From assembly GCA_028865345.1 (NCBI GenBank), contig JAGWKL010000002.1:665-64664 (forward strand): a stretch of 64,000 nt of DNA, written 5' to 3'. The DNA is from Candidatus Omnitrophota bacterium (GTDB lineage Bacteria; Omnitrophota; Gorgyraeia; Zapsychrales; Fredricksoniimonadaceae). A program made the position numbers and the translations under genes. The first letter of the stretch is position 1; every line of letters begins with the position of its first letter. Below the pieces are notes generated by a model. The model had not been told where the DNA came from, searched no databases, and saw only the letters and a program-made list of their open reading frames with translations. Below are positions 8,797 through 18,455 of this stretch, piece by piece.

Positions 8797-9111
8797 TTAC
8801 TTACGGATCATGTCCAACGGCGACGTGACCATATCCAAGGATCCGTCGACAATTTGCTTGGCCATATAAAACGTGCCCTTAAGGACACCGCCGACCAACG
8901 CAAAGGGAAGGAACTTGGCATCTTTTGTCTCCGTCTTGACGTTGCCGCTGATCTGCAAAGGTGCGGTGATCACATCTTTAACGCCACCCTGAAACTTTGA
9001 CACAGTATCAGCAAAAGACGGTACGCTTAAACCCCACACCACTGCCAAAGCAATAAGAAAAGAGACCATGCGTTTCATAAGGCACCTCCTTCTTAAGGGG
9101 CCAGACCGCAC
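8797..9111 (-). CDS. Small secreted protein of unknown function
   Basis: Signal peptide (MVSFLIALAVVWGLSVPSFA). The mature part is Gly/Val-rich and loosely resembles small exosortase-associated periplasmic proteins, from memory only. Confidence 0.5.
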   Translation of the reverse strand: MRSGPLRRRCLMKRMVSFLIALAVVWGLSVPSFADTVSKFQGGVKDVITAPLQISGNVKTETKDAKFLPFALVGGVLKGTFYMAKQIVDGSLDMVTSPLDMIRK

Positions 9112-9183
9112 TCTCCCAATTCAAGTATGTCACATAAAAATCGGATATGTAAGTGCGAAAAGGCCTATCCCGGAAAACGGTTC

Positions 9184-10263
9184 CTACCACTCCAGCGCGC
9201 CGCCGGTCTGGTATTCGGTAACGCGGGTCTCGAAGAAATTCTTTTCCTTCTTAAGGTCGATGATTTCGCTCATCCAGGGAAAAGGATTGCTGCTCTTATA
9301 TTGCACAGGCAGACGCAATTTTTCAAGACGGCGGTCCGCGATATACTGCACATACTCGCGCAGCATGGCCGTGTTGAGCCCCAAGACCCCGCGGGGCAGG
9401 CATTCCTGGGCATAGGAACACTCTAATTCAACCGCTTTTTTAATGCGTTCGACCAGATGCTCCTTGAACTCAGAGGTCCAGCAATAAGGGTTCTCATCGA
9501 TGATGGTGTTGATAAGCTCAATTCCGAAATTCATGTGGATGCTCTCATCGCGCAGAATGTATTGGATCTGCTCGCAGGTGCCGGGCATGCGGTTCTGACG
9601 GCCGAAAGACAACATGGTCACAAAACCGCTATAAAAGAAAATACCTTCCGTAACCACATAGAAAGCCACCAGGTTATCCAAAAATTTCTGCAAGCCGGCC
9701 GGGGTGGCCAAATCCACCGTGGTGTCTACAATCCCGTCGGTGCAGCTCATTGAAAATTCATCTTTTGCATAAATTTCCTGATTCTCGCGGTACATATTGA
9801 AAATTTCCGTCTCATCCAGGGAAAGAGATTCCACAATGTACTGAAAGGTGTGCGCATGCACAGCTTCCTCAAAAGCCTGGCGCAACAAATACTGGCGGCA
9901 TTCCGGATTGTCCACCATCTTGTATATGGACAGCACGATATTATTGCCCACCAGGGTCTCAGCCGTCGAGAAAAAGCCCAGGTTACGCTTGATCACGTGG
10001 CGCTCGTCCTCTGTAAAAGCATTGGGATTCTTCCATTGCTCGATGTCGCGCTGCATGGAAACCTCAGTCGGCATCCAGGTATTGGCGCAGCCGTCTAAGT
10101 AAAAATGCCAGGCCCATTTGTATTTGATGGGCACCAGCTGGTTGACGTCGACGGTACGGTTATTGAGGATAATGCGTTTGTTATCGGCGGAAACGCGATC
10201 GCGGGTCATGCGCAGGCCGCCGGAGCATTCAGCTTGAGGATTGGTTTGGGGGGTTTCTGGCAT
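9184..10263 (-). CDS. nrdB: Ribonucleotide reductase small subunit (R2), apparently the class Ic type
   Basis: Metal-ligand motifs [25 protein letters not shown] and RDESIH. Phe occupies the position four residues after the first His, where class Ia proteins carry the radical Tyr. Confidence 0.9.
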   Translation of the reverse strand: MPETPQTNPQAECSGGLRMTRDRVSADNKRIILNNRTVDVNQLVPIKYKWAWHFYLDGCANTWMPTEVSMQRDIEQWKNPNAFTEDERHVIKRNLGFFSTAETLVGNNIVLSIYKMVDNPECRQYLLRQAFEEAVHAHTFQYIVESLSLDETEIFNMYRENQEIYAKDEFSMSCTDGIVDTTVDLATPAGLQKFLDNLVAFYVVTEGIFFYSGFVTMLSFGRQNRMPGTCEQIQYILRDESIHMNFGIELINTIIDENPYCWTSEFKEHLVERIKKAVELECSYAQECLPRGVLGLNTAMLREYVQYIADRRLEKLRLPVQYKSSNPFPWMSEIIDLKKEKNFFETRVTEYQTGGALEW

Positions 10264-10283
10264 GTTAAAGACCTCCTAAAAAT

Positions 10284-13200
10284 TTACTGACAGGATTCGC
10301 AGTCCTGCACAGGTTCGGCGGCCGGTTTGGGGGCCGGCGAATCAACCACCCTGCCTTTTTCATCCCGCTGGCGCTGGCCTACCACATTGCCGTATTTATT
10401 GATATTCAAGGTGCTTTTTTCAATGCGGGTGGCACCCATGGAACGCAGATAATACGTCGTCTTCAAGCCCTTTTCCCAGGCAAACATGTACATATCGCTG
10501 ATCTTCTTACCGCTGGGCTTGGCCTGGTACAGATTCAAAGACTGCCCCATGTCGATCCATTTTTGACGGCGGGAGGCCGCCTCTATGATCCATTCATAAT
10601 CGATTTCAAAGGCCGTCGCATATTTGGCCTTCAGGGCTGCGGGAATGCGGGTGATCTCCTGCACACTGCCGTCGAAATATTTCAGGTCATCGATCATTTC
10701 CTGGTCCCAAATGCCCAATTTCTTGAGGTCTTCGACCAGGCATTCATTGATGACCGTAAATTCACCTGACAGGTTGCTTTTGACAAAAACATTCTTATAC
10801 ATAGGCTCGATGGACTGGGTGACGCCGGTGATGTTGCCGATCGTGGCCGTCGGCGCAATGGCCATGACCAGGCTGTTGCGCAGTCCATCCCGCTTGATGG
10901 CGGCACGCAGCGGTGACCAATCCATACGCGCTGAAGTGTCCATGGTCAAATAACCGCCGCGCTCTTTTTCCAAAAGCCCGATGGTATCAATGGGCAAAAG
11001 GCCCCTGTCCCATTTGGAACCTTTATAGCTGCAATAGCTCCCCCGCTCGCGAGCCAATTCCACTGACGCCTGCAAGGCATAGTAAGAAACCGCCTCCATA
11101 CTCTCATCGGCAAAATCGACCGCTTCCTGGGACGCATAACTGTAATTAAGCGCGTACAAAGCGTCCTGAAAACCCATGATCCCCATCCCCACAGGACGAT
11201 GGCTCTGGTTGGCGGCCTTGGATTCTATGGTGGGATAATAATTGATGTCAATGACGTTATCCAGCATGCGCACCGCAGTAGCAATGGTTTGCCGGAGTTT
11301 ATTGGCATCGAGCCCCTTGTCCGTGACGTGGACGGCAAGGTTGATGGACCCCAAATTGCATACCGCAGTCTCGTCCTTGGATGTATTCAACAAAATTTCC
11401 GTGCACAAATTGGAACTATGCACCACACCGGCGTGATCCTGGGGAGAGCGTATATTCGAAGGATCCTTCCAGGTCATCCACGGATGGCCGGTCTCAAAGA
11501 CCATGCTTAAAGCTTTACGCCACAGCTGCACGGCGGAAATGGTCCTGAAATTCTTGATCTTGCCCTCCCGGGCCATCTGTTCATACGCCTCATAGCGCGC
11601 CTCAAAGGCCTGGCCGTAAATATGGTGCAGATCCGGACATTCCGACGGTGTAAAGAGCGTCCAGTCCGCGTTGGCCTTGACCCTTTTCATAAAAAGATCC
11701 GGTACCCAGACGGCCGTATGCATGTCATGCGTGCGGCGGCGTTCATCGCCGGTGTTCTTGCGCAACTCCAGAAATTCTTCGATGTCCAAATGCCAGGCTT
11801 CCAGATAAGCGCACATGGCGCCCTGGCGCTTGCCGCCCTGGTTGACCGCCAAGGCGGTATCGTTGGCAACCTTCAAGAACGGGATGACGCCCTGGCTCTT
11901 GCCGTTGGTGCCTTTGATGCGGCTGCCCATGCCGCGCACATTGGTCCAGTCATTGCCCAATCCCCCACTCCACTTGGAAAGCATGGCATCGTCCTGGATG
12001 CATTTGAAAATGTGGAACAGGTCATCTTCGACCGTTGTCAAAAAGCAGGACGACAATTGGGGATGGCGGGTGCCTGCGTTAAACAGCGTCGGGGTGGATG
12101 ACATGAAACGGAAAGTGGAAAGGATGTTATAAAACTCGACGGCCTTCTGGTTCTTCTGCTCACCTTCGTTGACGGCCAAACCCATCGCCACCCGCATCCA
12201 GAAAATCTGGGGCAATTCGATGCGGCGGTCTTCCCAATGGATAAAATAACGGTCATACACCGTCTGCAGCCCCATATAGCGGAAAATAAAATCGCGTTCA
12301 GGGACAAGGGCCTTGCCCAAGGCCTTTAAATCAAAAAGTTTCAAGGCAGAGTCCAATAATTCATGCTTTACACCCAGATTGATATAGGTGTTTAAATATT
12401 CAGGATATTCCGCGCGCATCCGCTCAAAGGAAACATCCTGACCCAGCGCTTCCTGATAAGCCATCAAAAGCAGCAAACGCGCAGCCACAAACCCGTAATT
12501 AGGTTCTTTCTCGATAAAGCTGCGGGCAGCCAGGATATTGGCCTGGGACAACTGGCGCTCTGTCATGCCATTGAAATAATTTTTGACAGCTTCCTTAAAA
12601 AGCTTTTCCACTGAAACATCGGCCAGCCCTTTGCAACAGGTCTCAAACCTGAAACGCACCTCATCCAGATCAATGGGACGCTCAAGCCCGCCTTCGCCTT
12701 TAAGGACCAGGTTTTTGACCCATTCAATGGATTCTTCCACCTGAACACCGGAGCGATTACGCCGGACCTTGGCTCTTTCTTCTCTATATATAATATACCG
12801 CTTGGCCACTTCATGATAACCGGCGGCCATGATCACTTTTTCCGCAATGTCCTGCACTTCTTCAATATGGATGGATTTGCCCTCCGGCCAACGGGTGCGG
12901 ATCTCGGAGACAGCCTTCTCGCAAAGCTCCTGGGCTTTTTCGATCAGGATTTCATTATAAATACCTTTGTTTTGGGCGATCAGGGCCTTGGCAATGGCCA
13001 GGGCGATCTTTTCCTGCTTGAAAGAAACCACCTTGCCGTCGCGCTTGATCACTGAATATAATTCAAATAATTTGCGCCGTTCGGCATGATAGCGACGGTA
13101 ACTGGCATAACGTTCCGCTGCTTCCTTATAGCCGTTTTCGTACAACTGGCGGATCACCTCATCCTGGATCTCCTCGACTGTCAGGAAAGGCCGCTTGACC

Positions 13201-13412
13201 CCGCGTTCTTTCAAGACCGCCACCACGCAATCCGTCACTTCTTGCGCTTTTTTCATCTCTTCTTGCGTTAATTCAGACTCCCGGGGAAGACCGATTTGTT
13301 CCTTGAAGGAATTTGCGATGGCATGGGTGATGCGGTTGGGGATAAATTCAATGATTTGACCGTTGCGCTTTTGGACTCTGATGTCGAAATTGGCGGCAGT
13401 TTCCGGCGGCAT
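10284..13412 (-). CDS. nrdA: Ribonucleotide reductase large subunit (R1) with two N-terminal ATP-cone domains
   Basis: Two ATP-cone starts (VQKRNGQIIEF, VIKRDGKVVSF). Catalytic core motifs NLCTEI, PTATIG and SCFL. C-terminal redox pair CESCQ. Confidence 0.95.
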   Translation of the reverse strand: MPPETAANFDIRVQKRNGQIIEFIPNRITHAIANSFKEQIGLPRESELTQEEMKKAQEVTDCVVAVLKERGVKRPFLTVEEIQDEVIRQLYENGYKEAAERYASYRRYHAERRKLFELYSVIKRDGKVVSFKQEKIALAIAKALIAQNKGIYNEILIEKAQELCEKAVSEIRTRWPEGKSIHIEEVQDIAEKVIMAAGYHEVAKRYIIYREERAKVRRNRSGVQVEESIEWVKNLVLKGEGGLERPIDLDEVRFRFETCCKGLADVSVEKLFKEAVKNYFNGMTERQLSQANILAARSFIEKEPNYGFVAARLLLLMAYQEALGQDVSFERMRAEYPEYLNTYINLGVKHELLDSALKLFDLKALGKALVPERDFIFRYMGLQTVYDRYFIHWEDRRIELPQIFWMRVAMGLAVNEGEQKNQKAVEFYNILSTFRFMSSTPTLFNAGTRHPQLSSCFLTTVEDDLFHIFKCIQDDAMLSKWSGGLGNDWTNVRGMGSRIKGTNGKSQGVIPFLKVANDTALAVNQGGKRQGAMCAYLEAWHLDIEEFLELRKNTGDERRRTHDMHTAVWVPDLFMKRVKANADWTLFTPSECPDLHHIYGQAFEARYEAYEQMAREGKIKNFRTISAVQLWRKALSMVFETGHPWMTWKDPSNIRSPQDHAGVVHSSNLCTEILLNTSKDETAVCNLGSINLAVHVTDKGLDANKLRQTIATAVRMLDNVIDINYYPTIESKAANQSHRPVGMGIMGFQDALYALNYSYASQEAVDFADESMEAVSYYALQASVELARERGSYCSYKGSKWDRGLLPIDTIGLLEKERGGYLTMDTSARMDWSPLRAAIKRDGLRNSLVMAIAPTATIGNITGVTQSIEPMYKNVFVKSNLSGEFTVINECLVEDLKKLGIWDQEMIDDLKYFDGSVQEITRIPAALKAKYATAFEIDYEWIIEAASRRQKWIDMGQSLNLYQAKPSGKKISDMYMFAWEKGLKTTYYLRSMGATRIEKSTLNINKYGNVVGQRQRDEKGRVVDSPAPKPAAEPVQDCESCQ

Positions 13413-13447
13413 GCTATGTTTCCCTCCTAATGTGTTGAATCAAGAAT

Positions 13448-13517
13448 CATACTATAGGTATGGGGCACTAACTGACAGTAATACTACATATAGTATTTAA
13501 TAAAAAAGAGAAGTCAA
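13448..13517 (-). promoter_or_regulatory. Candidate nrdA promoter with two NrdR-box-like palindromes
   Basis: On the minus strand, -35 TTGACT (13512-13517), a 16-nt spacer, then -10 TACTAT (13490-13495). Box 2, ATACTACATATAGTAT (13481-13496), matches 13/16 positions of the NrdR consensus acaCwAtATaTwGtgt and overlaps the -10. Box 1, CATACTATAGGTATG (13448-13462), is centred ~33 bp away. Confidence 0.5.
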
Positions 13518-13543
13518 CGCTTTTTTTAGAATTTTTTCCAATT

Positions 13544-14158
13544 TTATCTCTTTGCGGCATTGAAACGCTTCTCGACTTCCTGCCAGTTGACCACGTTCCA
13601 AAAAGCCGCAATGTAATCAGGACGGCGGTTTTGGTATTGCAGGTAGTAGGCATGTTCCCAGACATCAATGCCCACGACGGGAGTTTTTCCTTCCATTAAC
13701 GGGCTGTCTTGATTGGCCGTCGAAGAAACTTCCAATTGACCGGGCTTGGAAACTGTCAGCCACGCCCAGCCGCTGCCGAAACGGGACGTTGCCGCCTGGG
13801 CGAATTTTTCTTTGAAAGCGTCGAAAGAACCGAAGGTCTGGTTGATCGCCGCGGCGATATTGCCCGACGGCACCCCGCCGGCCTTGGAGCCGATGATGGT
13901 CCAGAAAAACGTGTGGTTGGCATGGCCGCCGCCGTTGTTGCGCACCACTGTGCGGATGTCTTCCGGCACGGCATTCATATTGGAAATCAAATCCTCGACG
14001 GACTTGCTTTCCAAATCTGTTTTCCCCTTGATGGCATTGTTGACATTATTAATATACGCCTGGTGGTGCTTGGTGTGATGGATTTCCATGGTCGCGCGAT
14101 CGATATGCGGCTCCAGGGCATTATACGGGTAAGCTAACGGGGGTAATGTGTAAGCCAT
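13544..14158 (-). CDS. sodA: Superoxide dismutase (Fe/Mn family, Mn-type signatures)
   Basis: HHTKHH and [29 protein letters not shown] and NQDSP resemble Mn-type discriminators. Confidence 0.9.
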   Translation of the reverse strand: MAYTLPPLAYPYNALEPHIDRATMEIHHTKHHQAYINNVNNAIKGKTDLESKSVEDLISNMNAVPEDIRTVVRNNGGGHANHTFFWTIIGSKAGGVPSGNIAAAINQTFGSFDAFKEKFAQAATSRFGSGWAWLTVSKPGQLEVSSTANQDSPLMEGKTPVVGIDVWEHAYYLQYQNRRPDYIAAFWNVVNWQEVEKRFNAAKR

Positions 14159-14173
14159 AATTGCCTCCTAAAA

Positions 14174-14704
14174 TTAATGATGTCCTCCGCAGCCGCAGGC
14201 CTCGCCTTTGACGGCTTTGAGCACTTCATCATAATTGGGTTCACTGGCGACTTCCTTGACCAGTTGGACATAGGTGACCCGGCCCTGTTCGTTGATGACA
14301 AAAATACACCGGGCCAGCAAATTCAAACCCTTGATCAAAACACCGTAGGTTTCACCGAAATTGCCGCGATAATCAGAGAGGGTCTTGACAGCCGTGGCGC
14401 CGTTGGCACCGCACCAGCGTTTTTGCGCGAAAGGCAGGTCCTTGCTTATCGTCAACACCGCGACATCCGAGAGCTTGGAGGCTTCTTGATTGAATCGCTT
14501 TGTTTCAAGATCGCAGACCGGCGTGTCCAAGGACGGGACTGAGGATAAAATGACTTTTTTGCCTTTAAATGAAGATAATTTGACTTCAGAGAGATCATTG
14601 GCTACCAGGGTGGCGTCCGGGGCCTGGTCTCCTGCCTTTATTTCATGGCCGGTCAAGGTCAAAGGATTGCCTTTCATCGTGATTGCGCCGACGCGTTCTG
14701 CCAT
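14174..14704 (-). CDS. tpx: Thiol peroxidase (Tpx) with a Cys/His-rich C-terminal tail
   Basis: PSLDTPVCDLETKRFN peroxidatic-Cys motif and resolving Cys in AQKRWCGA. An extra tail GEACGCGGHH sits at the C-terminus. Confidence 0.9.
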   Translation of the reverse strand: MAERVGAITMKGNPLTLTGHEIKAGDQAPDATLVANDLSEVKLSSFKGKKVILSSVPSLDTPVCDLETKRFNQEASKLSDVAVLTISKDLPFAQKRWCGANGATAVKTLSDYRGNFGETYGVLIKGLNLLARCIFVINEQGRVTYVQLVKEVASEPNYDEVLKAVKGEACGCGGHH

Positions 14705-14812
14705 ACCAAACTCCTTTCAGTTCCATTAAAATAAAATCGCATCTCCACATGCCTAATACTCGAACAAAGGACATAATACAATCTTCTTTTTATTTGTCAA
14801 TGGTTTGGTATA

Positions 14813-15217
14813 ATGAGGCGCATGTTCACCTATAAGACCACCATCAAACTGCACGACACCGACGCCGCCGGGATCCTTTTCTTTGCCAACCAATTCAGGA
14901 TCATCCATGATGCTTACGAGCTTCTGCTTGAAAAATTCGGCTGGAGTTTCCCGAAAATGCTTCGACAAACGAATTACTTTCTGCCCATCGTGCATGCACA
15001 GTCCGATTACCTGGTCCCTCTCTTTGTAGGAGACAAGATAACCGTTTCCGTCAGGGTTGGGCATATCGGAAAAACATCATTTTCTTTTGAATACATACTC
15101 AAGCGGGGCAAGACCATGGTTGGGAGCGCCAAAACTGTGCACGTGACCATTGACCAAAAGACCCGCCGGAAAACCCCCCTGCCCGACACCCTGCGCCGGG
15201 CGCTTAACAAATGCTGA
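14813..15217 (+). CDS. Hotdog thioesterase, likely 1,4-dihydroxy-2-naphthoyl-CoA thioesterase
   Basis: 4HBT-type N-terminus IKLHDTDAAGILFFANQF. It lies directly beside menE-menC-menA-menB. The start may be the second ATG at 14822. Confidence 0.6.
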   Translation: MRRMFTYKTTIKLHDTDAAGILFFANQFRIIHDAYELLLEKFGWSFPKMLRQTNYFLPIVHAQSDYLVPLFVGDKITVSVRVGHIGKTSFSFEYILKRGKTMVGSAKTVHVTIDQKTRRKTPLPDTLRRALNKC

Positions 15218-16555
15218 TCATCTGTGGGGCAAGGCTTTCAGGAATTCCTGACGGAAAATTTTAATGCCCTGGTCCATCAAATTTTGCGGCCAGGGGAAAA
15301 ATGCAACGGGGATCTTAAAACGGGGCAAATCCGTCTCCAGACAGCGGATGATATGATCTTCGGGCAGTGGAGCCGCCGTAAATTTAATAAAAGCAATGGG
15401 CCGATGGCCGTATTCTTTATCTTCCTTAGGAACAACCACGGCCTCCGCAATCCCGTTAATGCTTAAAAGCGCCTTTTCGATTTCTTCCGGATGGATGTTT
15501 TCCCCCCCGGAAATAAACATGTTGTCCCGCCGGCCGGTCACGGTCAAACACCCGTTTTTGTCCAAATACCCCATATCGCCGGTGGAAAACCAGCCGTCGG
15601 CCAAAAGCGAATAAAGTTTGTCCCCGGCCGCATAGCCTTTAAACAAAACCTCTCCCTTGACCAGAACTTCTCCGCTCGACGAAATGCTCAATTGCCTGTA
15701 AGGCAAAACCCTGACACAGGCCTTGCCGCCATCGGCCACCTTGCCCGTCGCCACCTGGGAGGCCATTTCCGTTAACCCGTAACTTAAATAAATATTCAAT
15801 CCTGATTTAAAGGATTGCTCGACAAGGACAGGCGGTATGGCCGATCCGCCCAGGAGAATACACTTAAAAGAACGCAACACATCCAAATTTTTCGCTTCAA
15901 GCAACAGCTTCTGCAGCTGTGTTGCGACCAGGGACACATGGGTTGCCTGGGACCGCTTCGCCGCGACGATCAAATCCCCTTCATCGACAATCACCAGGCC
16001 CGCACCCGACAACAAACAACGCGACACAACGGCAAGGCCGGAGACATGGTATAACGGCAAAGACAGAAGCCACCGGTCTGCCGGCGCCAAAGGAATGATC
16101 TCATTGGAACCTTGGGCGCTGTAAAAATGGTTGCCCCACGTATGCACCACTGCCTTAGGCAAGCCGCTTGAACCTGACGTCGCTATGATGGATACTTCCT
16201 GATCAAGACCCAAATCCTTATAGTCCCCTGCTTCAAGGTTCTGGCGGGCATCATAACAAACAATACGTTTGATGTCCGCGCATCGCAATAAATGCCTGGC
16301 ATTGATCTTTGCCATGTACGCAGCAATGGTTTTATCCGGCCAACGGGGTGATATGGGCACGGCCACGGCCTTGATCTGCCATAGGGCCAGCAAAAGGACC
16401 ACATATTCCACGTTATTCTCGTCACAGATGGCAACGCGGTCCAGGGGCTTGATCCCCATCCCTTTAAGCTGCTTGACCGCACAAGCCAGATATAACGCCA
16501 CCTGCTGGCGCCTGATCCGGCGTGTGCCCCAAAAAATACCGAAATGCTCGTTCAT
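15218..16555 (-). CDS. menE: O-succinylbenzoate-CoA ligase
   Basis: AMP-binding motif IIATSGSSGLPKAVVHT, TGD...GRRD near the C-terminus, and men-cluster context. Confidence 0.85.
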   Translation of the reverse strand: MNEHFGIFWGTRRIRRQQVALYLACAVKQLKGMGIKPLDRVAICDENNVEYVVLLLALWQIKAVAVPISPRWPDKTIAAYMAKINARHLLRCADIKRIVCYDARQNLEAGDYKDLGLDQEVSIIATSGSSGLPKAVVHTWGNHFYSAQGSNEIIPLAPADRWLLSLPLYHVSGLAVVSRCLLSGAGLVIVDEGDLIVAAKRSQATHVSLVATQLQKLLLEAKNLDVLRSFKCILLGGSAIPPVLVEQSFKSGLNIYLSYGLTEMASQVATGKVADGGKACVRVLPYRQLSISSSGEVLVKGEVLFKGYAAGDKLYSLLADGWFSTGDMGYLDKNGCLTVTGRRDNMFISGGENIHPEEIEKALLSINGIAEAVVVPKEDKEYGHRPIAFIKFTAAPLPEDHIIRCLETDLPRFKIPVAFFPWPQNLMDQGIKIFRQEFLKALPHR

Positions 16556-17595
16556 AAAATAAGAAATTCTTTTTTGATCACGCCGATTTCACCCATGATG
16601 GGATTTTTAAACCACCGCTCGGTCCCTAAGCCCGCAACCTGGCCGGCCAGGCAGGCCAAATGGGCCAATACCCTGAAACCAACCGGCGATTCAAATGCCG
16701 AACTGACAATGGCCTTGCGTCGCGAAAGCCCGGCTTCCTTTATCCAGTCCAAAACCGGGACAACCCCCAACAGCATGGGCTTGAGGACATAAGCAACAAT
16801 GCCTTCATGTTGTGCTAAAGGCAACGAACAGCACCCCGGCACGAGTGTTTCATCCAAAGCCATCCGCATATGCGTCTTTTCGTAGAAAGCTCCCAATTGG
16901 GCCGGATCATTGACAGGCTCTTCGATAAAATCGATTTTTTGATTGCCGGCGAGCTCGGCAAAAACACAGGCTTCCTTGAGGCTCCACACCCGGTTGGCGT
17001 CTAAGCGCAAATAAGATTCATTGTCCAGCAGGGCGCGTATATCCTGGACTTTCTTAACATCCAGGGCGATATTACGGTCGCCCACCTTTAATTTGAACAC
17101 TTGGGGAACTTGTTGGGAAAAACGTTTGACGTCGGCCATAACGTCCTGATATGTTCCCTGCAATAAAACCGCCGTACGTACGTCTTTTAACTGGGCGCCT
17201 AAAAATTCAGCCAGGCTTTTGCCCGCAGCTTGTGCCGCCAGCAACAGAATGGCCGATTCGACGGAAAAACGTACGGATGCGCATAAATTTAAAATATGCC
17301 CATCATGCCTTAAAACTTCCAGTAATTCATCTTTCTGACGAGGGACATTGAATTCCTTTAAATAGGAACAGGTTTCGGCCAAATCATGTTTGGCGCGGCG
17401 GATAGTTTCAGGGCTGAAGCCTTCTAAGGGGGCGGCTTCGCCCTGGGCATTCAGTCCGCCGGAGGTTTGGAGAGTCAGATAAAATCCGTTACGCTCCGTA
17501 ATCTCATGACCGGCAAATGTAAAAGGCTTAAGGAAAGGCGTCTTAAAAGACAAAAAACTGCATTGGCCGATCGTTAGCTGCTGCACAAGACCCAT
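16552..17595 (-). CDS. menC: o-Succinylbenzoate synthase (enolase superfamily)
   Basis: FKLKVG, LRLDANRVWS, IDFIEEP and ALDETL metal-ligand motifs. The ORF track extends to 17634, and I prefer ATG 17595 to limit the overlap with menA. Confidence 0.8.
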   Translation of the reverse strand: MGLVQQLTIGQCSFLSFKTPFLKPFTFAGHEITERNGFYLTLQTSGGLNAQGEAAPLEGFSPETIRRAKHDLAETCSYLKEFNVPRQKDELLEVLRHDGHILNLCASVRFSVESAILLLAAQAAGKSLAEFLGAQLKDVRTAVLLQGTYQDVMADVKRFSQQVPQVFKLKVGDRNIALDVKKVQDIRALLDNESYLRLDANRVWSLKEACVFAELAGNQKIDFIEEPVNDPAQLGAFYEKTHMRMALDETLVPGCCSLPLAQHEGIVAYVLKPMLLGVVPVLDWIKEAGLSRRKAIVSSAFESPVGFRVLAHLACLAGQVAGLGTERWFKNPIMGEIGVIKKEFLIL

Positions 17596-18452
17596 CCCAA
17601 TGAAAAAAGCACGCTGTAGACCAGCAACAAACATCCGGTCTGTGCCAGGACCCGGTTAAGAGCAGGCCCATCCGCTTGCGTAAAAACGCCGATGATACTG
17701 GGGATGGCCAGAAAACCGGTCAGGGAAGCCACGGCGATGCCTTGGTAATCATCCGTAATAAGGACGACCGCGAAAGGTATTAATGCGGCCGCCAGGATGC
17801 AAAAAAGATATTCACCCATGGCAAAGCTCCTGCCGAAACGCACGGCCATGGTGAGTTTGCCCGCCCGGCGGTCGCCGTCAATGTCCCGCAGATTGTTCAC
17901 AGCTAAAATGGCTGCTGACAAAAAGCCCGGGGCCAGCCCCGCGACAATGACCGCCCAATTGATTTCCAGGCTTTGGACATAATAAGTCCCTGCGACGGCG
18001 ACAGGTCCGAAAAAGACCAGCACGAATAAATCTCCCAACCCCAAATATCCCAACGGCATCGGGCCTGCGGTATAAAAAATCCCTGAGACGATGGAGGCGA
18101 CCGCAATGACCAAAATGCAAAAACCGGCACGATGGATGAGGTAAACAGAAGACAAAGCTGCAAGTAGAAAGAAAATGATCGCTGCCGTCAGGACCACCCG
18201 GGGTTTGATCAAACCGGCCTGGGTGACGCGCACCGGCCCCTGGCGTTCAGAGGTGTCCGCACCCTTTTTAAAATCAAAATAATCATTGGCCAGATTGGTG
18301 CCGATCTGGATGCACAACGCCGCCGACAAGGCCATAAAAGCCGAAGGAGCGTGAAAAAGCCCGTCGCCAAAGGCCATGGCGGTACCGATAATCACAGGCG
18401 CAACCGCCGCAGGCAGGGTCTTGGGACGGATGGCAAGAAGCCAGGGATTCAT
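17574..18452 (-). CDS. menA: 1,4-dihydroxy-2-naphthoate polyprenyltransferase (UbiA family)
   Basis: NDYFDFKKGAD and NNLRDIDGD Asp-rich motifs, with about 8-9 TM helices. Confidence 0.85.
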   Translation of the reverse strand: MNPWLLAIRPKTLPAAVAPVIIGTAMAFGDGLFHAPSAFMALSAALCIQIGTNLANDYFDFKKGADTSERQGPVRVTQAGLIKPRVVLTAAIIFFLLAALSSVYLIHRAGFCILVIAVASIVSGIFYTAGPMPLGYLGLGDLFVLVFFGPVAVAGTYYVQSLEINWAVIVAGLAPGFLSAAILAVNNLRDIDGDRRAGKLTMAVRFGRSFAMGEYLFCILAAALIPFAVVLITDDYQGIAVASLTGFLAIPSIIGVFTQADGPALNRVLAQTGCLLLVYSVLFSLGWVLCSS

Positions 18453-18455
18453 AGG

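Noticed and set aside
10563-13271. Many 60-160-aa ORFs in the track on both strands inside nrdA (for example 11622-12101 +, 12038-12307 -)
   Set aside because: They lie entirely within the long, motif-rich nrdA frame. They have Arg/Pro/Ala-rich, low-complexity translations typical of shadow ORFs in GC-rich coding DNA. The same applies to comparable shadows inside menE, the PPases, mfd, secDF and gatA.
14753-15064. 103-aa minus-strand ORF overlapping the thioesterase gene
   Set aside because: It is antisense to an ORF with a clear hotdog-thioesterase signature and carries no motif of its own. Its 5' end would need a promoter inside the thioesterase gene.
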